Made by a program: the position numbers and the translations under genes. 64,000 nucleotides of DNA from Nageia nagi (taxonomy: Eukaryota; Plantae; Pinophyta): positions 87,482,001 through 87,546,000 of the forward strand of contig JBITNC010000001.1 of NCBI GenBank assembly GCA_050084985.1, given 5' to 3'. Shown in pieces: positions 11,150-23,951 of this stretch. Each line of letters starts with the position of its first letter. The stretch's first letter is position 1. The notes beneath the pieces are model-generated. The model was given only the letters and a program-made list of their open reading frames with translations, ran no database searches and had not been told where the DNA came from.

Positions 11150-14100
11150 TGAAGCTTAGGATCAGTTGAAACAAGTGCTTGGAATCTTGACCCTATAGAA
11201 CTTGAAAGACATTTACAAAGAATTCAAAGAGAATAGGAAAATATAGATCCAAATACCACACTTGTTGAAATAAGAAGCCCTACCCCTATAAGAAGTATAT
11301 CACCTAAAGAATACAAAACTAATTTTGTAGGTTTTTAATCTAATACAAAAATTTTGAAATGGCAAAGAAAATTAGATACATCCACAACCATAGGAAAATA
11401 ATTTGGACCTTTGAATCTACTAAGGAGAAAGACACAAGCTCCTAAAGGAAACTAGAGATCTTCCTCATTTTTTAGGAGATCAATCTAGTAATACCATCAA
11501 AGAACATCTTGAAAAACTTCAACACTTTTTATGAAGTAAATAGATCAAATAAAAGATGTTGTAGTATGTATGTTTATCAAAACTATCACAAAATCTACTC
11601 TAAACTGTATAATTCTCTTACCATTGGGTCAATCACTAGTTGGGATAACCTATCAAAAGTATTTTTGGCAAGATTCAAAAGTCAAGTGTTGGGAATAGAG
11701 TCAATCAATGAACTTTCACATATAAAGTAAAAGGATAAAGAATTTATTCCAAACTAATAGATCCTTTAACAAAATCTTTTGTAAAATTCTAGGAATTTGT
11801 AGTCTGCTTAACAAGTCAAAAAATGTTTCTTCATCAATGCTCTAGATTTTGACTTAGGATATATGGTAACATTATGTGAATCTACTACATTCTAGAATGT
11901 AGTGGATGAAGCAATAAGACATGAAGAGTTTATGATTACTATAGAAAAATTAAGAGGAACAAACCTTTTGAATCAAGAAAAGGGAATGTTGAATCATTTG
12001 GAAAAGAAGATAAAAGTGAAGCTCCTTAATGAAAATAGGTTAAAATGAATTATAAGGAAACTAGCTAATATGACTATTAATAGAATTGAAATACATAATA
12101 GGAATTCAGACCTCAATAGAACTTTAGAAACTTTCTAGATCATAATAGAGGATATTTCAAGGAAGAGAAGAAGATACCTATTCCTTGGGATAGACCAAAA
12201 TCTTCAACTCTGAACTCTTATTGCAATCTTTGTAAATATGAACATGATCCTAATAATTATATTATATGAATATCTTGTAAGAAATGATTACAAAAAATGA
12301 AGTACTATTGGAAGTAATGATCTAGTCAAATAAGGAAAATCTAACTTGCTCTTAGAAGGAAATAATGAAGGTGTTCCAAAAAATTTCTACAAGATAGTAT
12401 TGAATCTTTTGAATGTTACACCATGATGACAAGATCTCAAACCAAGCTCAAGCTCAATAATAAGAAAAAATCTAGTATAAAATTCAAATGAAATATCAAG
12501 GAAATACAAATTGAGCAAAATAAAAAAGATCCATCCAAGTTCAAAATACATGTAGTCAAAGATTTATCCAAGAAGATGGCTTAGTGTTTCTATCTTGCAA
12601 ATTTTGAAAGCAAACCCTAAGATATGAAAGAACTTCTAGATGTCATTAAACCTGCTAAAAATGTGCAAAATTGATTATGGGGAAGTTTAACATTAGAGAA
12701 CAAGTTTATGTAGCTCAATAGAAAATGGATAGACTTCCCCCTATTTTACATGTCTCTTTAGGTGAATAGTAGAAATTGTGCAATTGTATTTTTAGATTCA
12801 AGAGCTACATATAACATTATGCCATTGAAAGTTGCTCAAATTTTAAAGCTAAAATTTATAGAATGTGAAGATTCTTTTTTTAAATGGATTCTTCTAATGT
12901 AAAGATAGTTGGTAAAGTCAAAGATATCACATTAATCTATCTGCATTTCCAACTCAAAAGATTCTTATGAGTATTTTGGTAGTTGACATGCCTATTGCTT
13001 ATGGAATGCTACTAGGAAGATAATTTGGAGTAACTATGGGTGGTATGATCTCTTTGGATTGGTCTTTTGCTCAAATCCTAATTAAAGATATTTTATAAAT
13101 TCTAAAACCCAAAGCTAAACAAAGATGGGTGGTTATCCCTAAAGAAAGCATGATTGAAGGGAATATTCAAGAAGATCCTACTCATGAAGGTAATCTACTA
13201 GAAAATCAATCAATAATTTTCTTTCAAGATACAAAAATTGGTTCATATCAAGCTATTGAAAAAGAATCCAAAAGAGCATTGATATCCTAAATATGAATGA
13301 TGTATGGAAAATGTATTTTGATGATAGTAAATGTAGAGAAGGAAATGGGTAGGCATCATTTTTATATCTCTTAATAGAGCTAAGAAAATCTTTTCAATGA
13401 GGTTGAATTTTCATTCACTAAAACATTGCTAAATATGAAGCCTCATATCAAAGTCTAAATATAACAAAGAAAGAATTACAGATTTGAAATTTGATATATT
13501 TTAGGGATGTAGAGTTAATTGTCAAATAGGTTAAAAATCAATTTCAGAACAAAAATCCTAATTAAGATCATATAACATCTCATATGGGACATGATTGAAA
13601 CTTTTATTCTTTCAATATAACCTCTATTCCTTAAAGTTAGAATTCTCAAGCAATTTCTTAGTTGTATTAGATGCTATGATAAAACTTGACCCTTATTTGA
13701 ATTGGGATATTATCACATTGAATTACTTTTAGACTAGCTGCTACCATACAATATTAAGCATTGGAAAGTTTTTGATTTTAATAAATAACTCTTACATTTT
13801 TTACAATACATTAAAGAATATTTTAAGGATTCATGGAATCAGATAAATGTGTAGTTAGACTCTAATAGAATACCTACGAGAATGATCGAACTAGAAAATC
13901 TCTATGATCAAAATGATCATTTCAATCATCAAAGTTTGATTAAAGAGATATCTAAGTCAATAAAAGCATTTAATTTGAATCCAAATGGGATACGATAAGA
14001 AGTCCTAATCGGTACTAAATGCACTTTAAATGAAAGAGAAGAACTGATTGAAGTTTTCCAAGGATTTAAGAAAGTTTTTTCCTATAATTATTATGATCTT

Positions 14101-16720
14101 AAGGGATTTAAAAGGATGTATTCTAGCATATTATTCCTTTGAAAGACAATTCTAAACCTTAAAAAAAAAACCTTATTATTTCAATCCAAAAATTGAAGGA
14201 ATGATTAAAAATTAAGTTGAGAAATGTTGGCATTTGATATTATTTATCCAATTAGATATATTCTTGGGTAGCTAATATCATTTTGATTTGAAAGAAAAAT
14301 GGAGACATCATAATAATGTATTGAATTTTAAAATCTCAACTTAGCATCAGTTAAAGATAATTACTAGTTACCTATGATGATCATCTTTTACAAACTATCA
14401 ATGGCTTAGATATATTTTCTTTATTGGATAGTTATTTGGTTATAATCAAATTTAGGTTGAGAAGAAGATCATTTTGAAAAAACGTTCCCTACTCCTTAGG
14501 GCACATTTTCATACAAAAAGGATGTCATTTGGGTTAACTAATGTAGAAGCTACTTTCTAGAGAGAAATGGACTTTACTTTTCAAGGATTTGATAAATAAA
14601 TTATATTTATATATCTATATGATATGATGATTTTCAAAACATAGAGAAGAGCATGTGAAACATGTTGTTTAGGTATTGGAGATATGTAAAGAGTTTGGGA
14701 TATCATTAAATCCAAAGAAATCATATTTGGAGTAACTTAAAGGGAAGCTCTTAGGAACATCATCTCTAAAGAAGGAACTTTATTGATCCAAAGTAGTAAT
14801 TGCTATCAAGAAAATTCGTTGGCCACCAAGCTGAAATATTTACAATCTTTCTTTGGAAAAGTCAATTTTTTGAGAAGCTTTATCCTATATTTTATAAAAA
14901 TCATGTTTCCATTGAGTAAAATGTTAAAACAAAATGTGGAATTTAAATGGTCTAACAAAGGAAAATTGGCTTTTGAAAACATTAAGGAGGCTCTTACAAT
15001 TGCACCCACTATGGTACAACCTAATCTCAGTAAACCTTTTAGATTTACACTTATGCATCAAATCATACTATTTCTTCAATATTAATGCAGATGAACAACA
15101 AAGATGAGGAACATTCAATCACCATCATGAGCCATGCTTAAAAAGTGCAAATGAAAAGTACACTTTCCTAGCAAAGCAAGCATTTACCATAGTCAAAGTA
15201 TGAAAAATTTCAAAGTTTATATTTCTAGATGATAGGTCATAGTTTTTATACAAGATTTAGTGGTAAAATCCATCTTGACATAGATAGAACTAGGTGTTAT
15301 CAAAGGTTCTTAGGTAGCCAAAATTTAGAACATGATTTAGTTTTTTAACCAATTAAATTGGATAGAGGAAATGGATTATATGAGCTTATTACAAATATTT
15401 CTCTATGAAGAAGATCATTAGACATAAGCATTGATTATCATGATAGATGATAGAAACTAGTTTGATGATATCTCAAAATATTTAAAATAATACAAACACT
15501 AGAACATTTATCATTCAATGTGAAATGAGCTTTTAAAGTTAAATTAGGGAAGTATTATTTGCATGATAATATTCATTTCGATAAAAATTTTGATGGCATT
15601 TTTTTAAGATGTGTTGAAAATAACTAGATTCTTAAAATCCTCACAAAATTTCATGACATGGTTTTTGGTGGATATTTTTCTCCTACCAAAACATCATAAA
15701 AATTAATTAGAGCTAGATATTATTGGGATACCATGTTTAAGGATTGCAGTGAATATGTTCATAGTTGTTTAGAATATTAAAGGTTTACTGGAAGAGAGAA
15801 ATTCAGAATCACCCCTTTGAAACTAATTATAGATGATATGCCATTTGCAAAATGGGGCATTGATTTTGTAGGGCTAATCAATGCCTTATCCAATAAAGGT
15901 CATATGTTCATCCTCATAGCTACCAATTACTTCTCTAAATGGGTAGAAGCCATACCTACTTTTCAAGCCATGGCCATGGTCATCATTGATGTTTTTGAAA
16001 AGAATATCTATTCCAAATTTAGTATTCCAAAAAATAGGGTAGCTGATAACACTAAATATTTTGATTGTATTAAAATGATCAATCACTCTCTAGAATATAA
16101 TTTCCAAATTCATTTAGTATCATATTATTATCCGTAGGGAAATGGTCTTGCTGAATCATCAAATAAGAATATGAGATGAACCATCACCCAAATTCTTCAT
16201 CTAAATATGAGAAATTGGCATAATAAACTAAATTTTTCTTCTTTGGAAATATTGAATCACTCCAAAATAATTGATTAAATTCTCTCCATTCTATCTTTTC
16301 TATGGTAGAAAAGTTGTTCTATCGATTCAATTGGAAATTCCTAGTCTCAAACTAATGGAAAATATTGAACAAGAGGAACCATTCACCAATAGAAATTTTG
16401 AGTTACTTGAGCTAGAAGAAAATAGAGAACAAGATATAAAAAATTAAATAAAAAATAAAATAAAAATGAAAAAATACTTTGATCAATATGCTCATGATAG
16501 TAATTTTAAAGTTGGTGATAAGGGTTGGTTATGGGATAGTCATCATGAAGACAAAGGTAAACATAAGAAGTTTGACTCTTTGTGTTTAGGACCCTATGAG
16601 ATTTTCAAAAAGGTCTTAGATCATACCTATACCCTTTGTGATGGTGACTCTTATACTTTCCCAATTCCTTATAATATTATCCATATAAAAAAGTTCTTCT
16701 TGCGAAGCATAAACAAACGA
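11150..16720 (+). pseudogene. gag-pol remnant of element B (GAG ~11350-12300, PROT ~12740-13080, aRH ~13290-13680, RT ~14200-14780, RH ~15030-15350, INT ~15600-16720)
   Basis: Motifs: YNSLTIGSITSWDNLSKVFLARF (gag); DSRATYNIMPLKVA and YGMLLGR (protease); LQSFFGKVNFLRSFI (RT thumb); PFAKWGIDFVG...YFSKWVEAIP (integrase); KFDSLCLGPY (GPY/F). Many stops and frameshifts. Confidence 0.9.
13290..13680 (+). pseudogene. Additional archaeal-type RNase H (aRH) between protease and RT in element B
   Basis: WKMYFDDSKCREGNG.GIIFIS...NIAKYEA...DVELIVK.VKNQF matches the aRH consensus WxMYFDGS...NNxAEYEA...GDSxLV. Confidence 0.8.
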
Positions 16721-17891
16721 AGGATCAAAGATATTCTCCTTAAGAAATCAAACTAGATCTTTAGTCCTAATTTTTCTTGTACAATTTGTATATTAAATGT
16801 GTATGTTTTAAATGATTATAGTTTTGATCTTTTTTATTAATCATCCTTCCAAGTTCTATACTAATCATCTCTTAAGAATTTTCAAAAATAGGAGTTTTTA
16901 CAAAATAGTTTTCTTAGAGTCGATCTACTTTCTTTTCAACCATAAAAGATCTTAGGTTTTCTTCTAAGTTTTTACTTTTTAAAATTCCTAAGACTTGATT
17001 TTATAAGGTTGGAACCTAAAAAAATATTAATGATATGGAAAAATTGAATAATTCTTATGATTAACACTAAGATAATAATTATTTTCCATTGATCTCTTTC
17101 TCAATCTAGCTATGAGAATTCAGAATGATAGAATGGATGATGAAAGTTTTATTTATTTCCAAATTTATTTTGATATCTTGGGTAAGAATGAGAATAAAAA
17201 AATATAAAAAATGAGAAATATAAAATAAAAAAAGAGGGAAAAATAAGAAAAAGGAAGAAAAAGTATTCTTAGCACTTGAAGAAACTCCATCAAGGCTATA
17301 AATGCTTGCTAGCAATGCAAGCAATTATTCGAAGTCAGAGGTATCCCTACTAGGATTATAAATGCCTACTAGTAGTAGAGGTAATTCCCAATATAAATAG
17401 GTACCAAGGATGTATGTGGGTAAACCATACATAGGACGAAAGTACCAGGAAAGAAATATTGGTTTGGTATAAAAAGTTACATTTTGAGTTCAATACTAGC
17501 AATGATGATTGCATAATTTATTATCATGATATTTAGAGGTTATTTTTAAAATAATATTCTTAGACAAACTATTTGATTAATTTATACCTTATACTTCTTT
17601 TTAATGGTTATTAAATTAATTATTCATAAAAGAGAATTAGGAAGATTATGATGAAGGAGATTCCCAAAAACCTTTTTTGAGTTAATGGATTATAAGATAA
17701 TTTTCTAAGTTTCTTACATCTTATTAGAAATATCCATTTTTCTAAAGTTATTCAAGAGAATGACTAGAAAATACTTGTAAGGATTTTTCATTTCTGAAGT
17801 TGAGTTTTTCTTCTTTTTCTTTATTTAAAATCTATGGTAATTGTAACTAGAGATGTTAAGATATTTTGTCTCACCAAGGGAAGACATCCCC

Positions 17892-17903
17892 AAAAAGAGC
17901 TAG
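17892..17903 (+). promoter_or_regulatory. Polypurine tract of element B
   Basis: aaaaagagctag directly precedes the 3' LTR TG. Confidence 0.6.
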
Positions 17904-20900
17904 TGTTACCACCCAATTTTTTATCATTATTTTTATTCAAACTTTTTCCTCGATTTAGGTATCTAGGAAAAGTTTTGTTATTTGTGTTGTTTGTATTTAT
18001 TAATAAAAATAAATAAAAATTAAAAAATCCAAAAACAAGTTTATGAAAATCATATCTTTTTATCATAAAAAGAGTTTTGGACCCTTGGGTAGCATATTTC
18101 ATCTTAGAAGCAAGAGTATATTCTATACATTAGCATAGAAATCAATTTTCATGAAACTGTTGCATACCATCCTCTAAGCTTGATCATAAACACCTACCTT
18201 AGATATGAGTGAAACTCAATCCTTCTTGATTGCTGAATGATGAGCATCGAAACCCCATTTTTGAATCCAAGTATTCATTCTACACACCAAAAGGTGGAAG
18301 TCATTCCTCATCATGATATAGAAACTAAAATAGTATTATTTTTCAAAATCAGATCTAAAATTGATAATTTTGACTATATTTTTATTTCTTTCATCGCATC
18401 CACATAGAAACCAAACTCAATGCAACTTTACCTTTTCCTTTGTTGCATCATCTTGATTTTCATCTCAACACGACTATTAAGCCATTTGGTTGCATCCATT
18501 ATAAAAGCTATCGAAAGTGACTAGTTGCTCCATCTTCATCTGTAGCTCACTCCAACCAACTACCACTTGCTCATTTCTCCTCCATCATCTGATCTAGGGC
18601 TTCTTAATATCAATCATCGATATGTGTCCCCTCATGTCACTTTTACCTATAAATAGTTGGAGAGACCCTTCATTTTTCATCTAGCATTTTGTTTTATGCT
18701 TTTATCAAAGTGTATTTCCTATGTAGTTAAAGCAACTAAGGTGTTTAGAGTGCTCATGTCAAATTGAGAATCTATCTAAAGCGGTATTTGTTGTCACAAG
18801 GTTTTGAAGTTCAATTCGAAGCAACTAAGATTGCTAACACCATCATTCATTACAAACTATTTTGAGCCAACCAAAGAGATTAGGTTCTATATGAATTAGC
18901 TTGATTAGAACTTCTTTACCTTTATCACATTATCTTCCACATTCACTCACAATGACCATATCTTCTCATTTTTCAAATTGATTTGACATCACAATCGTAG
19001 CGACTAAGGTCATTTGGTAAAACAAGGTTTGTTGTCACTTGTAATTATATTTGTTCTCACAACAACTAAACCATTATATAATTGCATCCTTTTGGTCTTC
19101 AATTTGAAGTGACTTGAATATGTCCTGATCACATTCTCTCACATTAAAATTCAAAGTAATTGAATTCATGAAAAATGCCAAGGTAATTTCTTATCACGTT
19201 GGGATGCATCTTACCTCACAACACTTAAGAGTTATTATATTTGCATTGAGTTTGATTCCAATCCAATGCAAATAAAGTGTTACATTATTGCATCATAAAA
19301 AAGATTATACCTAAAGTGACTTACTTAAATTTGCTTATTGCACCCACTTATGTTGATAACTTGGTGTGACTAAATAAAAAGTAATAATATTTGAAAAATG
19401 AAATTTTGATAAAATTGAAATTATTTACCTTATCTTGAAATGATGGCTAAACTTGAACCTTGTTATTTTTAGGATGAGTAATCAAAGAAGGATTTTGATG
19501 GTTACTCTCAACTTACCAAGAGCAGTTTCATAGAATTTAAGAAGGATGAAAAATTAAAACAAAGAGCCCATTATTATGATAGGCTAGATAACATAAGAGA
19601 TCCAAAATAGAATCATACTGACCCAATTTTTATGTTGAGAGAAGCAGAGAGTATTCTAGAAGAAGTTAGAGAAAAAGATTTAGAGAAAAAGATGTCCTCC
19701 ATTCCTTAGGACTCTTTAGAGCTATAGTTATTCCATTTTTAGTAAACTTTCCATTGTTGATTTTGAAAGTAGTAGAGCATATTGATTTCATACGATGAGT
19801 GGTCATTGATGCAAAAGCAATAATTATTATAGGTTTAACCAAATAAGGTATTAAGAAAGCTATGTGTTCATCTAGCCATGGGATTATTTTCACTCAAGAA
19901 GATGCCAATTAAAAATATGAAGAATATAGTAACAAAGATAGGCTTAGTGACTTCATCCAATCTTTGTTAAAACCAAAAAATCATGGCCTAGCTCATAAAG
20001 TTGTGATGAAAGTTCAAAGATGCCTATTCCATGATACCTCAAACAAAGCCATTAGCTTTTTGTGTAGGATTTTGGGTAAATCTATTAACATTCATTTCAA
20101 GAATGATTTATTTTATTTCTTATATACATTTAACAAAGTAGATAGCATACATTGGAGTTAGGTTATTAGTAATGTTATGATTGAGTAGCCAAAAGAAGTT
20201 AAGAAGATAAGATCTTCTTTTATATGTCTTATTTAGTCTTTTTACTACTCAAAGGAAAGAATTGGCCAAGGACCCATAGTATTAAAAAGATCATTTTTAA
20301 TAGAAAGGTAGGTTTTTATATTGGCTACCCCAAGTTCCAAAAGGATGAAGAGTGGAGCTATATTCAAATGAGAATAGATGAATGGGAATATGTCATAATT
20401 AAGGATATGAAAGGACCACAACATGTGCCTAGAATTTCCATTGAAGCCTATGATTTTGTAAAAAGGTTTACTAATTTATACTTAGGATAATTTGATAATT
20501 ATTACATTAGAGTGCTTGGTGTGGATGTGGCTCCCTTCAAATTGTCATGATATCTCAGTGATAGAATGGTGTTTTTAGAATTTGTCATAAAAGATTTTTA
20601 TTTGCATGAAAAATTTATTAAAGAGAAGAAAGAAGCACCCATAAAAATGCCCATCACCTTGTTGTGGTACTCCTACAATAATTAGTTAGAAGTTGAAACA
20701 ATTAAGTGTGAAATTGAAGGATATGGTTTTGAGAAGCATGCACTAAAAACAAATTATGATGCAACTAGAGTAGTTGACAAATTTTATTAGAAGTTTCACA
20801 AAAATTATAAACATCAATCCCTTGGCCATTTGGAGAAATTTAGAAATATGCATTCAAATATGGATATTCAAAGGATCTCAAAACAATTAGCTCAATAAGA

Positions 20901-23900
20901 AAGAGAGAAAAGATAAGGAATATCAAGAGATGAAAGTCCTAAGAGTCACTCACCACATCTTATAGCTCAGGAAAATAGTTGAGAAAGATTTTACTAAGGA
21001 TCCCAACTTTAACCAGTTTGGCTCAATGTAAGGAGTTGATTATTTGAAAATAATTAATTCATCAGTAATACACCCAAAATCTCAATTTGAAAGTGGAGAA
21101 AGTAGTCATATTGCAATACCTACTAGAATCCTTCTTCCAATAGTAGTTCTTCTAGTAGCTCTAATGATTCAGATGATGATAACCAATCAAAGTCTAATTG
21201 TAGCTCAAGATTAAGGAGTCATAGCATTAAACAATAAGGAGAAGAATAAGAAGGAGATAATGAGCAAGCCAAAGAAGGATTTGTATAATATCAAGATCCT
21301 GGTCCAACAACAAATACTCACACAAAAGATGAGGAAGAATATGTAAATATCATTGATTCTAAAGAAGAAGGGGAGATTAAAGAAAATGCATATATTTCTC
21401 ATGAAGGTTCTTTTGGATTATATTTCCTCACCACTTACTCTTCCTCCACCCTTAAAGGCTCCCATCAAGAAGGGGTAGTTTCACATATCCCTCTACAACA
21501 AGACACCAAGGGATCTACTCAAATCATAAAGTGCCCTATCACTTGGTCTGAGACTAAGAAAGCTCTTATTCCTAATAAAATTTCAAGTTCACAAAAGTTA
21601 TCTAAAAATTCATCTAGAGTAGTTGGAGGTTATGGAAATGGAGATGATGATGATGATGACAATGATGATGAAGAGAATGAAAAGAGGAGAAAAAAAAGAA
21701 AACAAGAGGAACATAACAAGAAAATTGTCTTAATTGATAATAACACAACAATTGATAAGCTCAACTTTGATGATCTTCTAAAAAATATAGATATTGATGC
21801 ATACCTAAAAACACTTGAGGAAATTAGTAGTGGAACTGAAGATGAAGAGGCACCAGAAGTTACAAGTGAAGAAGCAATCCTTATTCCCCATAAATTACCA
21901 ACTATGGTTGAATTTGGAAAAGAGACCTTGAGAGTAAGCAAACTTTCCACCAATGCCAAGAAACCCAAGGATAAGAGATAAATAAATGTTATCACTATGG
22001 AGTATGACATTGGGTGACTTGGAATCTAGTCAAATGCATACATTATAGATCAGGTCACAAAGAATTTGACAAAATTAGCATAGGATAAGGAATCAAAGGT
22101 AAACAAGCTAAAAAGTGAAATGAATAAATGAAGAAAAATTTTAAGGAGTTTGATGAATTTGGGGTTGAAAAAGATTACTTGAAGTCTAAATATAAGATAT
22201 GATGTGAATTTGAGAAAAGATTGATAAATTAATTGAAAAAGAAACCAAATTCTTCCCAAACACATACCCTAACCTCTTTTACCTTGACAATATCAATTTT
22301 TAGTTATATGGTGTTGAAGATGATATAAATAAATTTGCAGATCAATGGCTAGATGAAGTGGAAAATATGGAAAGAATTGAATGGGAGGTTATTAATGATG
22401 AATAATTATTAAATTTTTACAAATACTTTTCATTCCTTTTTAATTGGTTTTCAAATGTAAAGCAATTGTGCTAGGAATTTAAAGAAGAAGCTGATAGAGT
22501 ATACCAAGAGAACAAGGATATTATTGATTTGATAGATATTCAAACCCTAAATGAATTCAGCCAGTGGAGGAATGATGATGAAGCTAAAATAAGTTTAAAA
22601 GAACTTTTGGAAAGGAAATTAAAATCAACAGATCTTGAGGAAGCCTTTGTAGCATATGAATGTTATATCTCTTGGATTTACCAAGTTAATATTATACATC
22701 AAAAAATCCAAAAATGGGAAACAAAGCAAATTATCTATCAATATCAAATATTGATGGAAGGTCATAACAGAGTTCAAAACTTCTCAAAAGGAGATATCAA
22801 GGAAAAGGTTGTAGAAATGATAGCTTAGTTTCCTCCTTTTACACCAAATTGAAGAAAAGTTATTATGATGCTCAAAAATATTGTAAAGGGAATTAATGAT
22901 GTTAGAAAATTTATTGTCCTTTTAGTCTCTAGGTTAGTTTAATTTTTTAAAAGATCTTAGACAATATTTTTTGATATGGCTAATTTTTAGACTTAGCCAA
23001 ATTTTGATAATAATGTAATTAGGGTTTCTTAATGTAGTTAGAGTTTCTCAAAGGAATTAGGGTTTTATTTTAAACCTAACTACTTCTAGATATTACTTAA
23101 AGGCAAAAGGGCCTCATTTGTGACTCTCTCTTTGGCACTCTAAATTCTTAAAGTTGCACTTTGAAGCTTCTACAATAATAATATAGAATCTTTTGCATCC
23201 AAATTATGTGTGTTTATTTTTTTGATACTTTTTTGAGTAATGAGATGAATTTTGAGTCTATTTGCATTAATTTGTTTCCTATACTTGGATAATGTTATCT
23301 TTTTGAAAACTTAAAGAGTAATCAACATTTGAGTTAGTGAAAGTAATGTGATGTGTTGTTCAAGCCTATATGTAGTATAATATATCATTGAAGAAACTAA
23401 GTGCTCATAAAAAAGGAGTAAAAGAAAGTAAGTGTAATATAATATATATGAGAAATCATTCTTTACTTATACCATGATTAACTTGAGCAAGATTCTTCAT
23501 CTGGGTTAAAATAGTTAAGTGATTATTTTACTTTTTTGAAATTAGTAGAATGATCATTTAATTCAAGGATAAGAAAAGTCAAGATTGAAATATACTAAGT
23601 CATTACACATTTAGAGGAAAAGGTAAAAAAATATAAACAAATATGAAAATGTTCATTCAATAAGTGAAGAGACTTATGTGAAATATATTACTATCTTACT
23701 TGTAACTTGGATAATTAGAGCAAGTCTAATGTAATTGAGTTACAAACATTAAGTAATTTCTTACTTTTTTGGAATAAGTGGAGCAAGTATTTAATATAAG
23801 TATGGGAAATATTGTGAGAAAAGTAACATAGGTCTTAACACTATTCATTATCATTAAGGAAACATATGGAGGACCACCTTGTTAAAAGGAGGATCATATA

Positions 23901-23946
23901 TCCCTTGCTATCCCCTTTTTCCCTTGATAAGAAAAAGTGGTTAACA
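17904..23946 (+). repeat. 3' LTR of element B (6043 bp)
   Basis: Same termini as the 5' LTR, followed by TSD CCTAT; about 85-90% identical to the 5' LTR by eye. Confidence 0.93.
19440..22852 (+). pseudogene. Second copy of the LTR-encoded ORF (3' LTR of element B)
   Basis: ORF-track pieces 19964-20161, 20224-20490 and 22529-22828 are homologous to the 5' LTR copy. Confidence 0.8.
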
Positions 23947-23951
23947 CCTAT

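Larger units (their letters stand above)
4201..23946 (+). mobile_element. Element B: full-length decayed Ty3/gypsy Tat-lineage retrotransposon with giant LTRs
   Basis: TG...CA termini, perfect TSD CCTAT (4196-4200 and 23947-23951), two ~6-kb LTRs, tRNA-Arg PBS, and gag-PROT-aRH-RT-RH-INT remnants. Confidence 0.95.
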
